DNA of 42,298 nt from the NCBI GenBank assembly GCA_964528115.1, contig CAZGRJ010000002.1, positions 1 to 42,298 of the forward strand. Direction: 5' to 3'. Numbering within the stretch: position 1 is the stretch's first letter; each line of letters opens with the position of its first letter. Positions 26,381 through 34,825 of this stretch are shown in pieces. The position numbers and the translations under genes were made by a program. The notes beneath the pieces are model-generated. The model was not told the origin of the DNA, ran no database searches, and saw nothing but the letters and a program-made list of their open reading frames with translations. Source of the stretch: an uncultured Nitrospirales bacterium (GTDB lineage: Bacteria; Nitrospirota; JACRHL01).

Positions 26381-27165
26381 GACGCGGGGCGGGGCGCGGC
26401 GGGGGTCGCGGGGACCACCGTTTCCAGGGCATCCGTCAGCAGATCCAGATGGTTGGAGAGGCGGTGGTCGCCGCCGGGGATCTCCGTGAGCCTGGCGTCG
26501 GGGAGCTGGCGCACCAGGACGCGGGAGGTCGCCACGGGCACCTCCGTGTCGTCCGTGCCGTGCAGGATGCGCACCGGGCACGTCACCGGCATGGGGCGGT
26601 CGCCCGTCTCCAGCGTCATGGCGTCGGTGAAGAATTCCCGGGGGATGCGGTAGGTCGCGCCGGGCTCGGGGGCGTAGGTGTCGGCCACGTCCACGTACCC
26701 CTCCCGGGCCAGGCGCTCCTGCACCTCGACGGGCATGTCGGACAGGCGCCGCGACACGAAGTCCACCGCCGGGGCGACGAGGACCATGCCGGCCGGCGCC
26801 GTGAGGCCCCGGGCCGCCAGGAGCAGGGCGATCCACCCGCCCATGCTGGAGCCCACCAGGACCACCGGCTGGTCCGGCGCCCGGGTCGCGGAGAGGGCGG
26901 CGGCCGAGTCGCGCACGGCCTCCGAGATGCGGAAATCGGCGAAGTCGCCGTCGGACGCGCCGTGGCCCAGGTAGTCGAAGCGCAGGCAGGCGTGGCCCCT
27001 GGACGCCGCCCAGTCGGCCACGGCCGTGGCCTTGGCGCCGGTGTGGATCGAGCGGAAGCCGGACAGGAAGGCGACCAGGGACCCCGCGCCGGGCCGGAAC
27101 CGGCCCCGCAGGACGCGGCCGTCGGGGCGGGTCAGCGTAAACGCGGTGTCAGTCGCCGGGGGCAT
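26374..27165 (-). CDS. Alpha/beta-fold hydrolase
   Basis: ORF 26374..27165. It has the nucleophile elbow VLVGSSMGGW (GxSxG), RILHGTDDTEVP, and the C-terminal His region IPGGDHRLSNH. The ATG overlaps the end of the upstream gdh gene by 17 nt. Confidence 0.85.
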   Translation of the reverse strand: MPPATDTAFTLTRPDGRVLRGRFRPGAGSLVAFLSGFRSIHTGAKATAVADWAASRGHACLRFDYLGHGASDGDFADFRISEAVRDSAAALSATRAPDQPVVLVGSSMGGWIALLLAARGLTAPAGMVLVAPAVDFVSRRLSDMPVEVQERLAREGYVDVADTYAPEPGATYRIPREFFTDAMTLETGDRPMPVTCPVRILHGTDDTEVPVATSRVLVRQLPDARLTEIPGGDHRLSNHLDLLTDALETVVPATPAAPRPASP

Positions 27166-30100
27166 CGACGAGCGACTCGAGCCGCGTGAGCAGGAGGACG
27201 GTCTTGATCGGCTCGGCCTCCGTCTTCCCCTCCAGCTCGCCGGCCAGGGTCCGGATCGGCGCCCAGTCCGGGTGGCGCCGCCACATCCGGCGGCCGGCGG
27301 CGCCCGGGTCGCGTGGGCCCTCGGCGAGGAGGCGCTCCACCGCCTGGGAGCGCATCCGGGTCAGGCGCCGCATCCAGGCCACGCGCAGGGCGTTGGTGTC
27401 GTCGTCGGCGCCCCATCCGGGGGCGGACAGCTGGGCCTCGGCCGTGGCCAGGGGGAGCAGGGCGTAGGCGGCCCGGTTGGCCGTCAGGCAGCGCCACAGG
27501 GAGACGTCCAGCTTGCCCGCCAGGTGCAGGGGCACGGCCACCCGGGTCAACTCCGGCAGGGACGCGGCCCACGCCGCGTGGGGCTCGGACAGACCGATCC
27601 GGCGGGCCTCCGCCATGCGCCGGGCGAAAGCCCCCCGCGCGCCGCGCGACCCCCGGCCGCCGCGCCCCTCGCGGATGACCAGGTGACGGAAGCGGGTGAG
27701 CTGGCTGCGCTGCTCGCGCACCCACTCGTCGCAGAACGACCCCACGGGGCACAGGCGCAGCAGCTCCTCGGCCAGGTGCACCAGATGGTCCTGGAGGTCG
27801 GCCTGGAGGTGCACGGCGGCCTCCGCCTCCAGGTCCCAGACCCCCAGGCGCAGCTCGTCGGCCGAGAGCAGGGCCTCGGCGGCGAACAGGGCCTGGGCCG
27901 CGTCCGCCGCCCCGGCGCCGGTCAGGGCCTGGAGCCGGGCGAAGGCGAACAGGCCGAACCGGGCCACGATGCGGCTGGCGGCCATGGTGTGGACGATGCC
28001 GTCCTTCAAGGGATGGGCCGCGAGGTGGTCGCGGTAGCGCTCCGCGATCCGGGGCGGGAAGTAGTCCGCCAGCAGGCGCGGGGCGAAGCACGAGTGGGAC
28101 GCGAAGCCGCCCTGCTCCAAGAGCGCCTTCATGCGGTTCTTCTCGTGCCCCAGGAGCACGGAGAGCTGGGGCTTGGTGGAGAGGGTCGCCTCCTCGCCCT
28201 CGGCCATGCCGGGATCGGCCGGGTCCAGGCGGTGGTCGGCGAGCAGGAGGTCGCGCAGGCGGCCGCTCAGGGCCGGGTAGCCCTGCACCCGGTAGGCCGC
28301 CACCGACAGGGCGCGGGCCTGGGAGCGGCTGTCGGCGAGGCACAGCCCGGCCACCTCGTCCCCCAGCTCGCGTAAGAGGCGGTTGCGCCGTCCCGTGGTG
28401 GGGGCGTCCGGGACGCTGGCGAGGAGGATCTTGAGGTTCACCTCGTGGTCCGACATGTCCACGCCGCCCGAGTTGTCCACGGCGTCGGTGTGGATGCGGC
28501 CGCCGCGCAGGGCGAAGTCGATGCGGGCCCGCTGGGTCAGACCCAGGTTGCCGCCCTCGCCCACGACCTTGCAGCGCAGCCGGTCCGACGTGACGCGCAC
28601 CGCCTTGTTGGCCGGGTCGCGGGCCTCCTCGTCGGGCTCGCCCGGGGCGCGCACGTAGGTGCCGATGCCGCCGTTGTAGAGCAGGTCCACGGGGGCGCAC
28701 AGGAGGGCGCGGATGAGTTCCTCGCCGCTGTGGTCGCCGGGCTCGATGCCGAGCACCCGGGCCACGTCGGGACCGACCGGGATGCGCTTGGCGGTGCGGT
28801 CGAAGACCCCGCCGCCCTTGCTGATCTTTTCGGGCTTGTACTGGTCCCATCCCAGGGCCGCGCCAAACAGGCGGCGGCGCTCGGCGAAGGCGGCCTTGGG
28901 GTCCGGATCGGGGTCCAAAAAAATGTGGCGGTGGTTGAAGGCGCCCACCAGGCGCAGGGTGCGCGAGAGCAGCATGCCGTTGCCGAACACGTCGCCCCCC
29001 ATGTCGCCGATGCCCACGGCGGTGACCGGGTCGCGCTCCGGGTCCACGCCGAGCCCGGCGAAGTGGTGGCGCACGCTCACCCAGGCACCCCGGGCGGTGA
29101 TGCCGTAGGCCTTGTGGTCGTAGCCGTTGCTGCCGCCGCTGGCGAAGGCGTCCCCCAGCCAGAAGCCGGCCGGCGCCTCGCCCTGGGGCACGGGCCAGAA
29201 GTCGGCCTTGGCCGACTCGTCGTTGGCCAGGTCCGAGAACGTCGCCGTGCCCTTGTCGGCGGCGACCACCAGGTACGGGTCGCCCTCGTCGCCGGGGCGC
29301 ACCTGCACGCCGGTCGGGGCCACGGATTTGCCGTGCACCAGGTTGTCGGTCACCGACAGGAGGGAGCGCACGAAGGCGCGGTACTGCTCGCGCGCGAAGG
29401 CCGCCCCGCCGACCGCCTTGAGGACGAAGCCGCCCTTGGCGCCGGTGGGCACGATGACGCCGTTCTTGACCACCTGGGTGGCCATCAGCTCCAGGACCTC
29501 GGTGCGGAAGTCCGCCGGCCGGTCCGACAGGCGCAGGCCGCCGCGGGCGATGGGCCCGCCGCGCAGGTGGACGCCCTCCATGTGGGTGCCGTGGACGAAG
29601 ATCTCCCGGTACGGCACCGGGTGCGGGCAGAAGGAGAGGTCGGCGGGCTTGACCTTCACCGCGATGGGCTCGCCCGGGCCCCGGGTGTAGGCGTTGGTGC
29701 GCAGCGACGCCCCGATGAGCTCGGCGAAGGTGCGGTACCAGCGGTCGTCGGACAGGTTCTGGACCCGGCTCCCCAGTAGCTGTGCGAAGGCCTCCCGCGC
29801 CGCCGCCTCGCGCCCCGACAGGTCCGGGTGGTGGCGCGACGCGAACAGCTGGTACACGGCCGCCGCCACCTGCGGGTAGGCCGTCAGGGTGCGGGTGAGC
29901 ACGCCGGGGGAGGCGTCGGGCACCAGCTGCACCAGGTGGTTGCGCAGGGTGATGAGCACCGTCACCGCCTCGGCGTCCAGGCCCGCGGCGAGCACCAGGG
30001 CGCTCAACGGGTCGTTGTCCGCCATGTCGGCCAGGACCGCCTCCAGGGCGGCCTTCAGGCGCGGCAGGGCGTCGGCGTGGACGGGCTCGGGGTAGCCGCA

Positions 30101-31849
30101 GCGCAGGCGGGTCAGGTGCACGGGCGGGTTGCCGGGCACGTCCACCACGGCCTCGTCGAGGGCGGCCAGGCCGAACGCCTGGACGATCTCCACCAGGCGC
30201 CCCAGAGGCACCGGCAGGGCGGTGAAGGCGTACATGGTCACGCCGCCGTGCACCGCCTCCAGGCGCACGTGGGGGTGCCCGTCGGCCCGCACGCGGCGCA
30301 GAACCTTCAGGTCCTCCACGAAGGTCTCGGGGGCGAACATGTCGGTGTAGAGCGAGGGCAGGTCGGAGAGCACCTGGATCGCCTCGCGCACCTCCGCCGT
30401 CGGCAGGCCCTTGCGCACCGCCTGCAGGGCCCGGTCGCGCCAGGTGATGGCGCACTCGCGCACGGCCTGGGTCAGGTTGCCGAGGGCCACCTCCTCCTTG
30501 CCGCCGTGGCAGGTGATGAACATCACGACGCTGGTGCCCATGGCCACGTTGTGGTGGGTGAGGGGCTCCAGGCCCGCCGTCCGCACCGCCGCGAGCACGC
30601 CCTCCTGGACCGGGATCGAGAAGCGGTTCAGGGGCAGCACCGCGGCCACCACGCGCACCAGCCACGGCCCCGCCTCCCACACGTACACCTGGGCGCCGCC
30701 CGGCCCGCCCTTCTCCACGATGCCGAGCAGGGCCTCGGCCAGGGCGTCCTCGGGGGCGGTGAGCAGGATGGGCTTCGGCACCCGGTCGAACACCGTGCGC
30801 ACCTCGCGCTCCAGGTAGGCCGAGCGCACCAGCTCGGGCTGGCGCCGCATGCGGCCCCAGATGCCGGCGAGGCGCGGCACCTGGTGGGCGTTCATGTGCC
30901 GCGCCGAGCGGGCGAAGTAGCCCAGCAGCAGGGCGCAGCGGATGGCTCTTGCCTGGGGGTCGCGCCAGGCGATGCGGACCACCTCCAGGGGCACCGGGCC
31001 ATAGAGGAAGCCCGGCGCCGCCGGCAGGGCGAGCCAGGTCACGCTCGGGCCGCGCGGCGCCCGGCACGACGCCAGCTCCGCCATGAGGCCGGGGGCCACC
31101 TGCTCCATCGTGCGCCGGTTCGCCAGGATGCCGAGGCGCCGGGGCCCTTCCATGACGCCGAACATCAGGTAGCGCCGGTCGAGCATCCAGGAGAGCAGGG
31201 CGCCGTCCTCGGGGGCCTGCTCGGCCAGGTGGGCGGCGACGCCCCGGAGGTCCCGGTCCATGGCGTCGAAGTCGCGGACGGAGGCCGCCACGGAGGCGAG
31301 GATGGCCTTCAGGTCGGCGGCGAGGCCGCGCCCGTCGGGCACCATCGAGGCCGAGACGTGCAGGGACACGAGCATCTCGTTGCCAGCCATCCGGGCCTGG
31401 GGACCGCACACGCTGGTGACCTTGCCCTCCGGCCCGTGGGCGGTGCAGGCGACCACGGCAAGCTGGGCGATGGGGTCGATGCCCCGCTTGGCCAGGTAGA
31501 CCTTCACCGCGTCCAGGTAGAAGGCCTGGTCCGGGCAGCGCACGGTGAAGACGTGGCGGTACAGCTCGCCCCGCGCCACCAGGTGCCAGCGCACCCCGAT
31601 GGGCTCCGGCCGCGCCAGCAGGGCCAGGAAGTCGCGCACCACCACGGCCGCGGCGCGCGGCGGGAGGACCTGCTCGCGGGCCCGTAGGGCGCCCGAGATG
31701 AGCTCGATCAGCTCCCGGCGCAGGCGGCGCAACGGACGGCCTCCGGATGGGTGCGGGGCACGGCGGACAGGGGTGTGAGGCGGTGTTCGGGGGGCGGGTG
31801 GACGCGGGTCCGGCTCACGGCTGCGATCATAGCAGCCCGCCGGGGACAC
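27149..31849 (-). CDS. gdh: Large (~170-180 kDa class) NAD-specific glutamate dehydrogenase
   Basis: ORF 27149..31849, 1566 aa. Family-typical blocks: GGLRLSDRPADFRTEVLELMATQVVKNGVIVPTGAKGGFVLK, VVAADKGTATFSD, GGSNGYDHKAYGITARGAW, NGGIGTYV, TDAVDNSGGVDMSDHEVN. The start (GTG 31849) is uncertain. Confidence 0.92.
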   Translation of the reverse strand: MSPAGCYDRSREPDPRPPAPRTPPHTPVRRAPHPSGGRPLRRLRRELIELISGALRAREQVLPPRAAAVVVRDFLALLARPEPIGVRWHLVARGELYRHVFTVRCPDQAFYLDAVKVYLAKRGIDPIAQLAVVACTAHGPEGKVTSVCGPQARMAGNEMLVSLHVSASMVPDGRGLAADLKAILASVAASVRDFDAMDRDLRGVAAHLAEQAPEDGALLSWMLDRRYLMFGVMEGPRRLGILANRRTMEQVAPGLMAELASCRAPRGPSVTWLALPAAPGFLYGPVPLEVVRIAWRDPQARAIRCALLLGYFARSARHMNAHQVPRLAGIWGRMRRQPELVRSAYLEREVRTVFDRVPKPILLTAPEDALAEALLGIVEKGGPGGAQVYVWEAGPWLVRVVAAVLPLNRFSIPVQEGVLAAVRTAGLEPLTHHNVAMGTSVVMFITCHGGKEEVALGNLTQAVRECAITWRDRALQAVRKGLPTAEVREAIQVLSDLPSLYTDMFAPETFVEDLKVLRRVRADGHPHVRLEAVHGGVTMYAFTALPVPLGRLVEIVQAFGLAALDEAVVDVPGNPPVHLTRLRCGYPEPVHADALPRLKAALEAVLADMADNDPLSALVLAAGLDAEAVTVLITLRNHLVQLVPDASPGVLTRTLTAYPQVAAAVYQLFASRHHPDLSGREAAAREAFAQLLGSRVQNLSDDRWYRTFAELIGASLRTNAYTRGPGEPIAVKVKPADLSFCPHPVPYREIFVHGTHMEGVHLRGGPIARGGLRLSDRPADFRTEVLELMATQVVKNGVIVPTGAKGGFVLKAVGGAAFAREQYRAFVRSLLSVTDNLVHGKSVAPTGVQVRPGDEGDPYLVVAADKGTATFSDLANDESAKADFWPVPQGEAPAGFWLGDAFASGGSNGYDHKAYGITARGAWVSVRHHFAGLGVDPERDPVTAVGIGDMGGDVFGNGMLLSRTLRLVGAFNHRHIFLDPDPDPKAAFAERRRLFGAALGWDQYKPEKISKGGGVFDRTAKRIPVGPDVARVLGIEPGDHSGEELIRALLCAPVDLLYNGGIGTYVRAPGEPDEEARDPANKAVRVTSDRLRCKVVGEGGNLGLTQRARIDFALRGGRIHTDAVDNSGGVDMSDHEVNLKILLASVPDAPTTGRRNRLLRELGDEVAGLCLADSRSQARALSVAAYRVQGYPALSGRLRDLLLADHRLDPADPGMAEGEEATLSTKPQLSVLLGHEKNRMKALLEQGGFASHSCFAPRLLADYFPPRIAERYRDHLAAHPLKDGIVHTMAASRIVARFGLFAFARLQALTGAGAADAAQALFAAEALLSADELRLGVWDLEAEAAVHLQADLQDHLVHLAEELLRLCPVGSFCDEWVREQRSQLTRFRHLVIREGRGGRGSRGARGAFARRMAEARRIGLSEPHAAWAASLPELTRVAVPLHLAGKLDVSLWRCLTANRAAYALLPLATAEAQLSAPGWGADDDTNALRVAWMRRLTRMRSQAVERLLAEGPRDPGAAGRRMWRRHPDWAPIRTLAGELEGKTEAEPIKTVLLLTRLESLVDAPGD

Positions 31850-31855
31850 CGCATG

Positions 31856-32596
31856 TCACGCCGCCGCGGCGCGTTCCAGCAGGCCCCGCAATGCGGCGGC
31901 GTTGTGGGGCGCGTGGGCGTCGAGGTCGTTGTTGAAATAGACCCAGCCCTCACGCGCGCCGGACTTCTCGAGGCGCTCCGTCCATCGCCGGAGTGCCGCA
32001 TCGTCGTAGTCCTGCCGGTACATGGGCACGCCGTGCATGCGCAGGTACACGCGCCCCCGCGAGACCACCAGGTCGTCCGGCAGCTTCGGCGCGGAGACCG
32101 AGACGAACACGGCCCCGGCCTTCGCGATCCGGCGCCGCACGTCGGCGCGCCACCAGGACGGGTGGCGGAACTCCAGGGCGTTGACGCACGCGGGGTCCAG
32201 CTGCGCCAGAATCGCCTCCAGGCGTTCCGGGTCGTGGTGCAGGCGGGGCGGCATCTGGAACAGGACGGGGCCGAGCCTGTCCCCCAGGTGGCCGCGCAGC
32301 ACGCCGTAGAGGTCGGTCATCAGGTCCTCGGTCTCGTGGAAGCGTTTCAGGTGCGTGATCAGGCGCGGGGCCTTCACGGCGTACAGGAAGCCCTCGGGTG
32401 CCTGGGCGTGCCAGCGCTTCGCGGCGCTCTCGGTGGGGAAGCGGTAGAAGCTGGCGTTCAGCTCCACCGTGTCGAAGCGTTCGGCGTAGAAGCCGAACCA
32501 CTTGTGGGTCTTGAGGTCCGCCGGGTAGAAGCGCCCGGCCCAGTGGCGGTAGTAGTAGCCCGAGGTGCCGACGCGGAAGGCGGGACCGGCGGTCAC
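31856..32596 (-). CDS. DUF72 (YecE-like) family protein
   Basis: ORF 31856..32596. The GTG start overlaps the upstream TGA (GTGA). It contains FRVGTSGYYYRHWAGRFYP and FDTVELNASFYRFP. Confidence 0.85.
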   Translation of the reverse strand: MTAGPAFRVGTSGYYYRHWAGRFYPADLKTHKWFGFYAERFDTVELNASFYRFPTESAAKRWHAQAPEGFLYAVKAPRLITHLKRFHETEDLMTDLYGVLRGHLGDRLGPVLFQMPPRLHHDPERLEAILAQLDPACVNALEFRHPSWWRADVRRRIAKAGAVFVSVSAPKLPDDLVVSRGRVYLRMHGVPMYRQDYDDAALRRWTERLEKSGAREGWVYFNNDLDAHAPHNAAALRGLLERAAAA

Positions 32597-33600
32597 GGCG
32601 CCTCCGGCGGCGTCGGCGCGGGGTTGCGCAGGAAGGCGGCGATCTCCTCCATGGCCTCCTTCTGGTGCCCGACGAGCAGGTGGCCGCCGTCCGGGAAGCC
32701 CACGAACCGGGCGTTCGGGACGTGCCCCGCCGTGTAGCGGCCGCTCGCGTAGGTGCCGTACAGGTCGTCCCTGGCGCTGACCACCAGGGTCGGCGTGGTC
32801 AGGTGCTCCAGGTCGTAGCGCGGCAGGGCGAGGCCGAGGCGCGAGTCCATCTCCAGCCCCCGCGCCCGGGCCGTCACCGGCAGGACGTCCCGCATCACGT
32901 CGTAGGCGAAGGCCCGGTCCGCCGGCGGCGCGGCCTCCAGGTCCTTCAGGGGGGTGGCGAGCAGGGTCTCCACCAGGGCGCCGCTCGCCATGCGGGTGAA
33001 GGCCCAGTAGAGGAAGTCGCTGTGCAGCGTCAGGGCCATCACGGCCCGCGCCGCCATGGGGATCTCCGGCGGCGGCGCGTCCTCGGGGCGCGGCATCCAG
33101 GCGATGGGCACCAGGAGCACCAGGGCGTCGCAGCGCTCCGGGTGGCGCAGGCAGAGCTGCATGGCCGACGGCGCCCCCGCCGAGCCGCCCAGCACGCCCA
33201 CGGTGCGAATGCCCAGGGTGTCGAGCAGGCAGGCGTGGGCGTCGGCCTGGGCCTGGGGGGAGGGGTCCGCCGGGACGGGGGTGCGCAGGTAGCCGAAGCG
33301 GGACGGCGCGATCACCGTGAAGCCCGCCCGCACCAGGGGCGCCCCGAAGGCCAGGCCCTGGTCGAAGCCGCCCCCGGAGCCGTGGATCATGAGGACCGGC
33401 GGGCCGTCCCCGGCGACGGCGTACTCGATCGGCCCGCAGGCCGTCCGCGCCACCTCGCTCCCGGTGGCCACCCGGGCGCGGGCCGCGTCGATGTCCTGGC
33501 GGTAGTTGCCGTGGACGATCACGGCGAGGACGAGGAGCAGCGCCCCCAGGAAGGCGGCGACCCGCACGGCGATCCGTGCCGGTCTCTTTCTTGCGATCAC
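32593..33600 (-). CDS. Membrane-anchored alpha/beta-fold hydrolase
   Basis: Within ORF 32593..33657. I prefer GTG 33600-33598, which is preceded by GAGGGGA 6 nt upstream, giving (M)IARKRPARIAVRVAAFLGALLLVLAVIV (a TM anchor). It contains HGSGGGF, GGSAGAPSA (GxSxG) and FPDGGHLLVGH. The ORF-track TTG at 33657 coincides with a -35-like TTGCCA. Confidence 0.82.
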   Translation of the reverse strand: MIARKRPARIAVRVAAFLGALLLVLAVIVHGNYRQDIDAARARVATGSEVARTACGPIEYAVAGDGPPVLMIHGSGGGFDQGLAFGAPLVRAGFTVIAPSRFGYLRTPVPADPSPQAQADAHACLLDTLGIRTVGVLGGSAGAPSAMQLCLRHPERCDALVLLVPIAWMPRPEDAPPPEIPMAARAVMALTLHSDFLYWAFTRMASGALVETLLATPLKDLEAAPPADRAFAYDVMRDVLPVTARARGLEMDSRLGLALPRYDLEHLTTPTLVVSARDDLYGTYASGRYTAGHVPNARFVGFPDGGHLLVGHQKEAMEEIAAFLRNPAPTPPEAP

Positions 33601-33630
33601 GTTCGGTCCCCTCTTCCCGGTCCGCCTCAC

Positions 33631-33657
33631 ATTAGACAGGGCGGCGCGGGGTGGCAA
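33631..33657 (-). promoter_or_regulatory. Candidate promoter TTGCCA-N15-TCTAAT for the hydrolase-DUF72-gdh-hydrolase operon
   Basis: On the minus strand, TTGCCA is at 33657-33652 and TCTAAT at 33636-33631. The 15-nt spacer is short. Confidence 0.3.
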
Positions 33658-33726
33658 GGGCGCCGGAAGAGGGTATGCCCCCGGGGTCGGCGGGGGCCGG
33701 TCGGCGTCCCGGTGGACGCCGGGGCG

Positions 33727-33837
33727 CTAGGTCAGGATCAGCCAGCCGCTCAGGATGGCGACGGCGATAACGCCCATGAACAGATTCTGGTGCTCGATGA
33801 CGGTCCGCATGGTCTCCCAAAGGGTGATCGTCCGCAT
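33727..33837 (-). CDS. Candidate 36-aa single-pass membrane micro-protein
   Basis: It is too short to appear in the ORF track. My translation is MRTITLWETMRTVIEHQNLFMGVIAVAILSGWLILT*. 33 of 36 codons end in G/C, matching real genes here. It has a hydrophobic C-terminal helix. The first 8 nt, ATGCGGAC, recur at the second ATG (33810). Confidence 0.4.
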   Translation of the reverse strand: MRTITLWETMRTVIEHQNLFMGVIAVAILSGWLILT

Positions 33838-33863
33838 GCCCGACGCACGGTCGCGCCCGGGCT

Positions 33864-33892
33864 ATTGTCTAATAATAACATAGATTTCTGAA
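33864..33892 (-). promoter_or_regulatory. AT-rich island with promoter-like TTCAGA-N17-GACAAT
   Basis: 33863-33895 has only 6 G/C in 33 nt, in an otherwise very GC-rich window. On the minus strand, TTCAGA is at 33892-33887 and GACAAT at 33869-33864. It lies about 27 nt upstream of the micro-ORF ATG. Confidence 0.3.
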
Positions 33893-33906
33893 TTACGCAC
33901 GGGGTA

Positions 33907-34167
33907 TCAGCGCCTCTTGGCCCCCTTCCTGCCTACCACCTTCATGCACTTGTCGATCAGTTCCTCCACCCGCTCGCCCAGGGTGTTGGGCTCGTGGTGG
34001 GAATCCAGGCCGTCGGCGATGAGGACGTCGGCCAGCAGGTCGATCAGGGCGTGGGCCGCGGCCCGGTTGGGGGTGGGGCCGTTCGGGAGCACCTCGGCCA
34101 CGATGTCCGGGCCCAGGTGGAAGGTGAGGAAGTCGATGTCGTCGGACGTGAAAAGGTCGCGTGCCAT
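33907..34167 (-). CDS. Hypothetical 86-aa acidic protein with a basic C-terminal tail
   Basis: Within ORF 33907..34242. I prefer ATG 34167 (MARDLFTSDDIDFLTFHLGPD...), with GGGGA about 8 nt upstream. Downstream of it, 5 of 86 codons end in A/T, against 5 of the 25 codons upstream of it. I recognise no family. Confidence 0.6.
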   Translation of the reverse strand: MARDLFTSDDIDFLTFHLGPDIVAEVLPNGPTPNRAAAHALIDLLADVLIADGLDSHHEPNTLGERVEELIDKCMKVVGRKGAKRR

Positions 34168-34269
34168 GCGGATTTCCCCATCCTTCCGGGCCCATCCGTA
34201 GGGGCCCGCCCACCGGGCCCTGCCCATCTTTTCGGCAGCCATGGGGCTGCAGGACAGGCCCGAGGGAGG

Positions 34270-34764
34270 CTAATCCGGCTCGTCCGCGCCCAGCTCGTGG
34301 GCCCGCTCGCGCCAGATGTGGGCGGTACGGCGGTCCTGCCGGACGCCGAGGCCGTGGTGGTAGCAGCGGGCGACCTCCAGGGCGGCGTCGCCGTCGCCGT
34401 GCAGGGCGGCCTTCAGGAAGCAGTCGAAGGCGCGCCGGAGGCTGATCGGGGCCCCGTAGCCGTGGGCGTAGGCGAGGCCCAGGTTGTACCAGGCGTCCGG
34501 GGCGTTCGCCGCCGCGGCCGCCTTCAGCAGGCCTAAGCCCTTGCGCCGGTTCTGGCGGACATGGTGGCGCCCCAGCAGGTACCACATCCCCAGGCCCTGG
34601 GCCGCGCGCGGGTCGCCCTCGGCCCAGGCGGCCTCCAGGAGGGCCAGGGCCCGGACCGAATCCGGCGGGTCGCGCTCGACGGCGCGCACGGCCTGGTCGT
34701 ACTTGCGCGAGCGGGGCCCGCGCATGACGGCCTCGGCGGGATCGGGTGGGGATTTCGACGCCAT
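34270..34764 (-). CDS. Sel1-like repeat (SLR/TPR-type) protein
   Basis: Within ORF 34270..34791. ATG 34764 (MASKSPPDP) is preceded by GAAGGGAAGGGA. There are three SLR units: AAQGLGMWYLLGRHHVRQNRRKGLGLLKAAAAAN, APDAWYNLGLAYAHGYGAPISLRRAFDCFLKAALHG, and DGDAALEVARCYHHGLGVRQDRRTAHIWRERAHELG. Confidence 0.8.
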   Translation of the reverse strand: MASKSPPDPAEAVMRGPRSRKYDQAVRAVERDPPDSVRALALLEAAWAEGDPRAAQGLGMWYLLGRHHVRQNRRKGLGLLKAAAAANAPDAWYNLGLAYAHGYGAPISLRRAFDCFLKAALHGDGDAALEVARCYHHGLGVRQDRRTAHIWRERAHELGADEPD

Positions 34765-34825
34765 TCCCTTCCCTTCGGTGCGCCGGGGCACGGCGGCAAG
34801 GCCGCGCGGGCGGGAGGCCCCCGCC

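Noticed and set aside
27132-31409. 1425-aa same-strand ORF in a second frame across the gdh gene.
   Set aside because: Its composition is almost purely Arg/Pro/Gly/Ala, with no motifs. The other frame (27149..31849) carries all the NAD-GDH family blocks. This is a shadow ORF.
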